Assembly: GCA_021161255.1 (NCBI GenBank)
Contig: JAGHAZ010000027.1
Location: forward strand, 2,076 to 66,075
DNA from: Candidatus Bathyarchaeota archaeon
Lineage (GTDB): Archaea > Thermoproteota > CALKCG01 > B24
Length of the DNA: 64,000 bases
Direction: 5' to 3'
The translations under genes were made by a program, and so were the position numbers. Shown in pieces: positions 57,520-64,000 of this stretch (positions are counted from its first letter, which is position 1; every line of letters starts with the position of its first letter). The notes beneath the pieces were generated by a model, which saw only the letters and a list, made by a program, of their open reading frames with translations, had not been told where the DNA came from and did no database searches.

Positions 57520-59021
57520 GCGAGCCGATAACGAGGAGGAAGATCCTGGTAGACTACCGGATCAGGGTTAGCCGCTGTGAGATATGCGGTAGAAGGTACT
57601 TCCCGCCTAAGCCGTTCTGCGACGTCGAGGGGCGGAGGAGTAGGATACGCTATGAAGACTACTTCTACCGTAAGGGGCTATTCTACTCCGGAGCCGTTAT
57701 ACGGAGGCCGACCAACAGGTTCTCATACCTTGGTTCATTCATATCCTGCATCGTCGAGTTTGACGGCGGGGTCAGGACGCCGGGTAGGATAACCGACATA
57801 GTACCCGACGAAGGTGAGGTCGATGTCTCAGAGTTCATAGGTAGAGAGGTCGTACCGAGGTTTAGGAGAACCTATGTCGACGGGGAGAGCGGCCTAATAT
57901 ACTATTCAAGCCTAGCCTTCTCGTTCGCAGACGACTACTACGAGTATAGAGAGTATAAGCCTGTTAAACCTTCCGAGGGATCGGAGAAGCCCGGGATAGT
58001 CGGGTATGGCGTTTACATACCTAAGTTCCGGGTTAAAAACGCGAACCCAGCGATGGGTGGAGGAGTAGTTGAGAGAGCTGTACCTTTCCCAGACGAAGAC
58101 GCTACGACGTTCGCGGTCGAGGCGGGTAGAAGAGCTCTCATACACTCGGCTCTCGACAGCCGCTACATCGGCAAGTGCTATATAGGCTCCGAGTCGACAC
58201 CCTACGCCGTCAAGCCGTCGGCGTCGACCGTTATACAGGCTTTAGAGCTCGGAGAACCCTACGAAGACGGGTTCTTCACAGGAGGGTTGGATACGCAGTT
58301 CGCCTGTAAGGCTGCCACAGACCTTTTCATCGACGCGGTGGCTTTGGTAAGCTGTCCACTGTTTAAGGCGGATTACGTTATGGTTATAGGGGCCGACAAC
58401 TCCCAGGCGGCTCCCGGAGACCCATTGGATTATACGGTCGGTGCAGGAGCGACGGCGTATATATTTGGCAAGCGAGACGTCATAGCTACCCTAGACCACT
58501 ACGTGTCGTACACGTCCGATACACCCGACTTCTACAGGAGAGACGGGGAAAAGTATCCAAGGCATGGGGGTAGGTTCACCGGAGAGCCTGCGTATTTCAA
58601 GCACGTGACGACCGCGATGAAGACTATACTCCGGAGAAGCGGGTTGAAGCCTGGAGACATATCTTACGTAGCCCTTCACTCGCCTAACGTCAAATACCCT
58701 GTTAGGGCGGCTTTAAGCGTAGGGTTCACGATGGACCAGATAAGGCCTGGACTTGTGAACAGATACCTGGGGAACCTCTACTCTGGTTCGAGTCCTACGG
58801 CGTTGGCTGCGATACTCGATATAGCCGAGCCGGGTGACAGGGTGCTTTTAGTTAGCTACGGCTCTGGAGCGGGTAGCGACGCGTACATATTCACGGTAAC
58901 CGATAAGGTCGAGGAGAAACGGGATAGAGCGGTTTCTGTACGCTCTCAGATCGAAAACCCGAAGCGTCGATACGTGGACTACGCGACCTATAGGAAATGG
59001 AAGGAAGCTAGTAGCGCATAG
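57516..59021 (+). CDS. DUF35 (Zn-ribbon/OB-fold) domain fused N-terminally to HMG-CoA synthase
   Basis: Residues 1-~150 carry ...CEICGRRYFPPKPFC... plus an OB-like segment (DUF35 pattern). Residues ~150-501 carry ...GIVGYGVYIPKFRV..., the active-site Cys ...QFACKAATD..., and ...HSPNVKYP... (HMGCS). The start overlaps the thiolase stop (ATGA). Confidence 0.7.
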   Translation: MSEPITRRKILVDYRIRVSRCEICGRRYFPPKPFCDVEGRRSRIRYEDYFYRKGLFYSGAVIRRPTNRFSYLGSFISCIVEFDGGVRTPGRITDIVPDEGEVDVSEFIGREVVPRFRRTYVDGESGLIYYSSLAFSFADDYYEYREYKPVKPSEGSEKPGIVGYGVYIPKFRVKNANPAMGGGVVERAVPFPDEDATTFAVEAGRRALIHSALDSRYIGKCYIGSESTPYAVKPSASTVIQALELGEPYEDGFFTGGLDTQFACKAATDLFIDAVALVSCPLFKADYVMVIGADNSQAAPGDPLDYTVGAGATAYIFGKRDVIATLDHYVSYTSDTPDFYRRDGEKYPRHGGRFTGEPAYFKHVTTAMKTILRRSGLKPGDISYVALHSPNVKYPVRAALSVGFTMDQIRPGLVNRYLGNLYSGSSPTALAAILDIAEPGDRVLLVSYGSGAGSDAYIFTVTDKVEEKRDRAVSVRSQIENPKRRYVDYATYRKWKEASSA

Positions 59022-59037
59022 GCTGTTAGGAGAGCTT

Positions 59038-59307
59038 ATGTTCAAGCTGTTCGAGACACAGGAGGATAGGCTACGGCTCTTAAACATGCTCAGGACTAGC
59101 GGATATAAGGTCAGGATGCACGCCTACGAGTACTTCGTCCGCAACCGATACTTCGTTGCATTCATCCACCTTATGCCTTCGAACCGTCTAGCGGTGATAA
59201 GAGGGTTTAGATGGAACTTGAAAGAGTTCGAGGATAACGTCGAGAGGCTTAAGTCACTGATTAAACGCATAGATCCGAACATCAAGGTCGAGGTTCAAGT
59301 GGATTAA
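59038..59307 (+). CDS. Hypothetical small protein (89 aa)
   Basis: ORF with plausible spacing after the preceding gene; no recognisable motif. Confidence 0.3.
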   Translation: MFKLFETQEDRLRLLNMLRTSGYKVRMHAYEYFVRNRYFVAFIHLMPSNRLAVIRGFRWNLKEFEDNVERLKSLIKRIDPNIKVEVQVD

Positions 59308-59395
59308 ACGGTAGGGGTTTCCATGCGTACCCATAGGATTTGCATGGATAAAAAGGTTTAATTAGGGGGATAGCTTCATCCTTATAACCTCAGAT

Positions 59396-59893
59396 ATGCC
59401 CGGTTTACCTGAGCAATTGGATAAAACCCGAGGATTTAATGAGATATTTCTCTTGGTTAAGAAGGCCGTCTACAACAGCTTAGGTAGACGTAGGGTAGGT
59501 CTTATGCTTGGGCTGTCAGACCTTCCATCGAACGTGGCAGCGTATTACACGCCGGGCGTCATAGTTTTAAACAAGAAAGTACTCGATAAGCTTCGGCGGG
59601 AGGTTAAGGACCAGAGGTTATTTAACAGCTACCTATTCCACATACTGTTACACGAGTATCTTCACTCGCTGGGTTACGACGAAGGCTACGCTGGGGAGCT
59701 ATGCTATATGGTCTGCAGAGAGAATTTGGGTGATGAACACCCGGCGACTATGATGGCCAGATACGGTATTTCGACCGTGATCCCGTCGCTTAAAGAGGTT
59801 GAAGAGTGCTTGGAAGACATGGCAGAGCCTACACCTGGAAAGGTCGAACTCGTCAAGAACTTCGACTCCGAGAACGTCACCTACCTAGCTTAG
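59396..59893 (+). CDS. Hypothetical protein with HExxH motif (HILLHEYLHSLGYDE); possible small zinc metallopeptidase (SprT/WLM-like)
   Basis: A single HExxH motif preceded by a hydrophobic helix. Family assignment is uncertain. Confidence 0.35.
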   Translation: MPGLPEQLDKTRGFNEIFLLVKKAVYNSLGRRRVGLMLGLSDLPSNVAAYYTPGVIVLNKKVLDKLRREVKDQRLFNSYLFHILLHEYLHSLGYDEGYAGELCYMVCRENLGDEHPATMMARYGISTVIPSLKEVEECLEDMAEPTPGKVELVKNFDSENVTYLA

Positions 59894-59899
59894 GCGCGG

Positions 59900-60337
59900 T
59901 CACCAGCCTTCTCTAAGTCTCTTCCATTTTTGAAACATTTTAAAAAGCTCCTCATAGAATCTTTTGTTCAAAATCCTCCCTCGACCTATGCCAGGACATT
60001 CGTCCGTGTATTCGAACACGTACTCGTTACCCCTCACTCTTAGGGTGAACGGGTAGAAGCGGCATACCAACGGCCTAAACGGGTAGATCGTACACTCGTT
60101 CCCCCTTAAAAAGATGCATGCCCCATCGACCTTCTTAAGCTCGTGGGTGTAGGGGTATGGTCCATCGACCGGCTCGGCGAACTCCTCAAGCTTAAGCCCT
60201 GTAATCCTGGAGAGCCTTTCCCCCTCCTCAGGTAACAGAAGGATATGTCTAACCTTAGAGGCGGTATCTCTGCAACATAAGGCGCATCTTATGCACCTAA
60301 ACCTTACGTCAAGAGGATATTTGAAACCCTTAGTCAT
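59900..60337 (-). CDS. YkgJ/UPF0153-family putative Fe-S or zinc cluster protein (CxxCxxCC)
   Basis: ...CIRCALCCRD... plus downstream Cys (...GACIFL..., ...CTIYPFRPLVCRFYPF...), typical of the CxxCxxCC family. Confidence 0.55.
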   Translation of the reverse strand: MTKGFKYPLDVRFRCIRCALCCRDTASKVRHILLLPEEGERLSRITGLKLEEFAEPVDGPYPYTHELKKVDGACIFLRGNECTIYPFRPLVCRFYPFTLRVRGNEYVFEYTDECPGIGRGRILNKRFYEELFKMFQKWKRLREGW

Positions 60338-60450
60338 CCTCAGGCTCCAAGTTAAACCCCGTAGGAGCCTGGCTTAAAGTTTAACTCTCTTACATCTCGA
60401 CCATTCAGCTTAATAACACGTTGTCTCATCATTCATATAGAGTGAGCTAG

Positions 60451-61245
60451 ATGACTCAATGGGGCAGGTTTCTGTTAGACGAGATCGAGAAGTCCCACGT
60501 CCCAGACGGTTCGGTCGCACTATGGAGTATAGGTGGAGCAGGCGTAGTCCTCAAAACCTCAGAGGCTATCGTCTACATAGACCCGTTCCTAGGCAGCTCC
60601 TCTTCCTCTGAGTGGCTTAGGATGGTGGCTTCGCCCATAAACCCGGAGGATATACGGTTTATAGACGCCATAGTCTCCACCCATGAGCATGAAGACCACT
60701 GCGAAGAGTTCACCATAAGGGCCGTGTCTGAGAGGACTAACGCTGTGTTCATAGGTCCTGTAAGCTCGGCGGATAAGTTTAGGGAGTTTGATGTAAGTGA
60801 AGAACGCATAGTCGAGATGAAGCCTGGAGACTTCTACGATATCAAAGACCTTAGGGTCAGGGCCTACGAGGCTAACGACCCGAATGCTGAAAGCGCGCTC
60901 ATCTACGTGTTCGAATCCTACGGGATCAAGGTCCTTCACAGTGGAGACAGCCTCTACACGGATGTCTTCCACCAGCTTGGTAGGAACGGCGGGGTGGAGG
61001 TGGCTCTGTTAAACCTCGGTAGAAACCCTCCAGGTCGTAGAATGTACATGAACGTATGCGAAGTCCTTGAGTCTGCTAGGGACTTGAAGGCCGAGGTCTT
61101 AGTGCCTATACACTGGGACCTGTGGAAGCACACTTACGAGGATCCTAGGATGCTTAAAACTATAGCTGAGGCATGGGGTCTCGACATAGATATACGGATT
61201 CTGAAGCTCGGCGATAGCCTGGTGTATCCGCTTAGATCCCGTTAA
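60451..61245 (+). CDS. Metallo-beta-lactamase-fold hydrolase
   Basis: ...AIVSTHEHEDHC... (HxHxDH motif) and ...VLHSGDS.... Confidence 0.7.
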   Translation: MTQWGRFLLDEIEKSHVPDGSVALWSIGGAGVVLKTSEAIVYIDPFLGSSSSSEWLRMVASPINPEDIRFIDAIVSTHEHEDHCEEFTIRAVSERTNAVFIGPVSSADKFREFDVSEERIVEMKPGDFYDIKDLRVRAYEANDPNAESALIYVFESYGIKVLHSGDSLYTDVFHQLGRNGGVEVALLNLGRNPPGRRMYMNVCEVLESARDLKAEVLVPIHWDLWKHTYEDPRMLKTIAEAWGLDIDIRILKLGDSLVYPLRSR

Positions 61246-61883
61246 AGCCGGTATAGCTTCCTGAGAAGCTCTATATCGCGCTCCGGTATCTCGACCGGCT
61301 CGACACCCATACATTTAGCTACGAACGTCATCTTAGCGCATTCCTCGAGAATCTCCATAGCCGTTACGGCTTCGTAGATATCAAACCCTAACGTGACAGC
61401 GCCGTGATTCTGGAGAAGCACCACCCTACTGCCCATAGCAGCCTCGGCTACGGCTTCACCTAACTCTTTAGTTCCAGGATATATAAACGGGACCACAGGA
61501 GCCCTGGCAACCATCAAGGCAGCCTCGAGGGTTATGGGTCTAAACTCTACACCAGCTAACACCAACCCAGTCGCATATGGTGGGTGACAGTGTAGGACGC
61601 AGTTCACATCTACTCGACGTTTGTATATGGCGACGTGTATGGGCCACTCCATAGAGGGCTTGTAGACACCCTCCAAGAGATTACCCTCCAAGTCTATCTT
61701 AACTAGGTCTTCAGGGTTCAGCTTGGGCTTATACAGCCCTGAGGGGGTTATCCACACCTCATTCGTCTCAGGCATCCTGTAAGACACGTTACCCCCGATA
61801 CCGGTCATCAAACCCTTATCATGCATGATACGCATAACCTCTATAAGCTCCTGCTTAACCTCCTCCTCGCTCATGTAAGCCAT
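61242..61883 (-). CDS. Class II aldolase/adducin-family protein (fuculose-1-phosphate aldolase / MtnB-like)
   Basis: ...GIGGNVSYRM..., ...VLHCHPPYATG..., ...LLQNHGAVTLG... (zinc-binding His residues conserved). Confidence 0.7.
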   Translation of the reverse strand: MAYMSEEEVKQELIEVMRIMHDKGLMTGIGGNVSYRMPETNEVWITPSGLYKPKLNPEDLVKIDLEGNLLEGVYKPSMEWPIHVAIYKRRVDVNCVLHCHPPYATGLVLAGVEFRPITLEAALMVARAPVVPFIYPGTKELGEAVAEAAMGSRVVLLQNHGAVTLGFDIYEAVTAMEILEECAKMTFVAKCMGVEPVEIPERDIELLRKLYRL

Positions 61884-61945
61884 CTAACCACCAAACCCAC
61901 CATATTAGACGGAGGCTCTATAAAAATTACCTCAGGTAATTTATC

Positions 61946-62375
61946 ATGGAAAAACCTAGAGAGGAGAGGTCTAGGATTAGTCGAGACCGAATAGTTATCC
62001 TTGAGGTTAAAGATAAAGTGGTCGAAATAAAACCCCCTTTCTGCGGAGGAAATAGAAGATATCTATGCGATGCCTAACCTAAGGGTTAAAGGTTCCTCAC
62101 CTGAGATCCCGTTAATAGAGGTAATTTTAACGGGATCTCTATGGGAAGAGAGATTAAAAACCCTTACGTCTTTCCTACTTATGGGAAACATAAGCTCCCA
62201 TACCTTACATAGCGGAAGCGTGGAAGACGTAAGGGCGGAGGCTCTATCCTGTCTTAAAGAGGCGAAGAAGAGCAGGGGTATCGTAGTCGGGGTTTCAAAC
62301 TTCATAGTACCTGAGACCCCGAAGGAGAACATAATCGCCCTGATCGAGACAATCAGGAAACACCGAAAAATATAG
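61946..62375 (+). pseudogene. Remnant of a URO-D-like (methylcobamide:CoM-type) methyltransferase: only the C-terminal ~140 residues remain, with an internal frameshift at ~62070
   Basis: Frame A (61946-62077) reads MEKPREERSRISRDRIVILEVKDKVVEIKPPFCGGNRRYLCDA*. Frame B (ORF 62070..62375) reads ...FLLMGNISSHTLHSGSVEDVRAEALSCLKEAKKSRGIVVGVSNFIVPETPKENIIALIETIRKH. This matches the URO-D C-terminal ...HICGN.../...LMGNVDP...G(T/S)PEEV...GGGFILS.G..VPPETPPENI.A(M/L)VEA.RE. The ~190-aa N-terminal half is absent. Confidence 0.4.
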
Positions 62376-62541
62376 CGGAGTATTTATGGATGATCATCCT
62401 CCTGAACTTTGAGACCGTCTGACGGGTTTTGGAAAATCTTGGACAAGAAGGGTTTTCTTGGCTGAGGCATGGTCTTAAGAGATTTGAGACAACTCTTAAA
62501 AGGGTTTTAGACGTAATTCGGTTATAAGGGGTGTAGAATCG

Positions 62542-64000
62542 TTGAAGCCGGAAGAAATAGACGAGATCGTTTCTAGGATGAGCTTGGAGGAGAAGGCGAA
62601 GCTCGTCGTAGGGGTCGGGATACCGGGGTTCTTCGGAAACCCCCAGTCTCGGGTTCCAGGCGCGGCGGGTGAAACCCATCCCGTAGAGAGGCTTGGGATC
62701 CCATCCGCGGTCTTCGCAGACGGCCCCGCCGGGGTTAGGATAAACCCGAGGAGGGAGGGTGACGAGAGAACCTACCACGCTACCGCTTTCCCCGTCGAAA
62801 CTATGCTGGCCTCTACTTGGAATAGGGATGTTTTGGAGGCCGTAGGTAGGGCTGTGGGGGAGGAGGTTAGGGAGTATGGTGTAGACATCCTCCTCGCACC
62901 GGCTATGAACATTCATAGAAACCCTCTCTGCGGTAGGAACTTTGAGTATTACTCCGAAGACCCCCTCCTGACAGGCGAGATGGCCGCTGCCTTCGTTAAG
63001 GGTGTTCAGTCGCAGGGGGTGGGCGCATGTCTTAAGCACTTCGTCGCCAACAACCAGGAGACTAACCGTATGTTCATCGACACGGTCGTATCGGAAAGGG
63101 CTTTGAGGGAGATATATCTCAGGGGGTTTGAGATAGCCGTTAAGAAGTCTAAGCCATGGGCGGTGATGAGCGCCTACAACAAGCTGAACGGAAAATACTG
63201 CTCGCAGAGTAGGTGGCTTCACACAGAGGTTTTGAGGAGGAAGTGGGGGTTTGAAGGCTTCGTCATGACCGACTGGTTCGCGGGAGACGACCCTGTAGAG
63301 CAGATGAAGGCAGGTAACGATATGATAATGCCTGGGAAGACGTACCAAGTTAAGCCTGAAAGAAAAGATGAGGTAGAGGAGATAGTGAACGCCGTCAAGG
63401 AGGGAAGGCTTAGCGAAGAGGTCCTGGATAGAAACGTGAAGAACATTTTGAGGGTGCTCTCACGCTCACCTTCCTTCAAGAGATATAGGTACTCTAACAA
63501 GCCGGACCTCGAAAGCCATGCGAAGGTGGCCTACGAGGCGGGTGCAGAGGGGGTTGTCCTCCTGAAGAACGACGGCGTTCTGCCCTTAAACAGAGACACG
63601 AGGATCGCTCTCTTCGGGACGGGTCAGATAGAGACCGTTAAAGGCGGGACCGGGAGCGGAGATACGCATCCTAGGTACGTGGTATCGATACTTGAAGGTA
63701 TGCGGGAGAGGAACCTTAGGGTCGACGAGGAGTTGGCGGAAACCTACACCAAGTATGTCGACGAAATGAGGAAAAGAGATGAGTATAGGGTGCGGAGGGG
63801 GATATTCGGTGAGCCTTTGACGCCTAGGCTTCCTCAGGACTTCCTAAGCGAGGGGGAGCTGGAGAGGTTCGCGGAGAAGAACGATGTCGCTGTGGTCGTG
63901 TTGAGTAGGGTCTCGGGTGAAGGCTACGATAGGAGGCCGAAGAAGGGAGACTTCTACCTAAGCGACGACGAGAAGGCTCTCGTGGAGAAGGTGTCACGGG
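62542..64000 (+). CDS. Glycoside hydrolase family 3 (beta-glucosidase/beta-N-acetylhexosaminidase-like), 3'-truncated by the window edge; missing from the ORF track
   Basis: The frame is open from TTG 62542 (ATG at 62578 gives MSLEEKAKLVVGVG...) to the end of the window. It reads ...GIPSAVFADGPAGVRIN......GRNFEYYSEDPLLTGEMAAAFVKGVQSQGVGACLKHFVANNQE......GFEGFVMTDW..., i.e. GH3 N-terminal domain hallmarks. The antisense ORFs 62353..63348 and 63219..63500 in the track are its shadow. Confidence 0.75.
   Translation, partial: MKPEEIDEIVSRMSLEEKAKLVVGVGIPGFFGNPQSRVPGAAGETHPVERLGIPSAVFADGPAGVRINPRREGDERTYHATAFPVETMLASTWNRDVLEAVGRAVGEEVREYGVDILLAPAMNIHRNPLCGRNFEYYSEDPLLTGEMAAAFVKGVQSQGVGACLKHFVANNQETNRMFIDTVVSERALREIYLRGFEIAVKKSKPWAVMSAYNKLNGKYCSQSRWLHTEVLRRKWGFEGFVMTDWFAGDDPVEQMKAGNDMIMPGKTYQVKPERKDEVEEIVNAVKEGRLSEEVLDRNVKNILRVLSRSPSFKRYRYSNKPDLESHAKVAYEAGAEGVVLLKNDGVLPLNRDTRIALFGTGQIETVKGGTGSGDTHPRYVVSILEGMRERNLRVDEELAETYTKYVDEMRKRDEYRVRRGIFGEPLTPRLPQDFLSEGELERFAEKNDVAVVVLSRVSGEGYDRRPKKGDFYLSDDEKALVEKVSR

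Noticed and set aside
60338-60450. Possible minus-strand C-box (UGAUGAGA) in the 59900/60451 divergent spacer
   Set aside because: There are no correctly spaced D/D' (CUGA) boxes on that strand. The region is better explained as a divergent promoter with the TATA-like ttcatatag.
62353-63348. 331-aa minus-strand ORF (and 63219..63500)
   Set aside because: It lies exactly antisense to a plus-strand frame that encodes an unmistakable GH3 glycosidase. It has no motifs of its own, so it is a shadow ORF.
1-64000. CRISPR arrays, rRNA and tRNA genes
   Set aside because: I found no regularly spaced direct repeats, no rRNA-like stretches, and no cloverleaf-compatible ~75-nt segments in the intergenic regions. 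Every spacer over 80 nt was examined by eye. I also recognised no integrase, transposase or IS inverted repeats.

Overview
This is a 64-kb archaeal chromosome segment, most likely from a thermophilic crenarchaeon (Thermoproteota). I infer that from the unsplit rpoB, the rpoH-rpoB-rpoA-L30e-nusA-S12-S7-EF1alpha operon order, a type III RuBisCO, a Dph6 homologue, and frequent TTG/GTG starts in the ORF track. Two different landscapes are visible.

(1) From about 1 to 21.8 kb there is an accessory membrane/cell-surface island. It holds three paralogous giant proteins, each with a large extracellular region, an FtsX/MacB-like (DUF214) permease domain and a cytoplasmic tail. They are 767+ aa (5'-truncated by the window edge), 1199 aa and 1057 aa, and no ABC ATPase gene lies anywhere in the window. 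Interleaved with them are three paralogous 650-700 aa polytopic membrane proteins of a family I do not recognise (conserved W-x-D-x-ERVPFP motif, ...LTLRVGG...RFF(I/V)PF C-termini). Two of these are each followed by a small signal-peptide, N-glycosylation-sequon-rich, C-terminally anchored protein, and they share a duplicated 3' flank. The island also carries a sugar-modification trio: a DegT-family aminotransferase, a Gfo/Idh/MocA oxidoreductase and a frameshifted MFS transporter. I consider this island the best candidate for an undescribed system.

(2) From 21.9 to 64 kb the content is core metabolism and information processing. It includes type III RuBisCO, an M20 peptidase, a flippase-like membrane protein, leuC-leuD-leuB-leuA with a LysE-type exporter, MazG, MtaD-like amidohydrolase, HAD hydrolase, Dph6, glycerate 2-kinase (MOFRL), a short MetE-like protein and a flavodoxin. 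The full RNA polymerase/ribosomal operon follows, and rpoA' and rpoA'' appear FUSED into one 1275-aa ORF. After that come RadB, a Clp1-like polynucleotide kinase, a metallophosphoesterase, THEP1 NTPase, GDPD, ATP-dependent DNA ligase, thiolase plus a DUF35-HMG-CoA-synthase fusion, an MBL hydrolase, a class II aldolase, and a GH3 glycosidase that runs off the 3' edge and is missing from the ORF track.

Three apparent pseudogenes were found by reading across frames: a ModE-HTH/PBP regulator (in-frame TAG plus two frameshifts), an MFS transporter, and a URO-D-like methyltransferase remnant. A candidate C/D-box sRNA sits in the lig-thiolase spacer. I recognised no rRNA, tRNA, CRISPR array or obvious mobile element.
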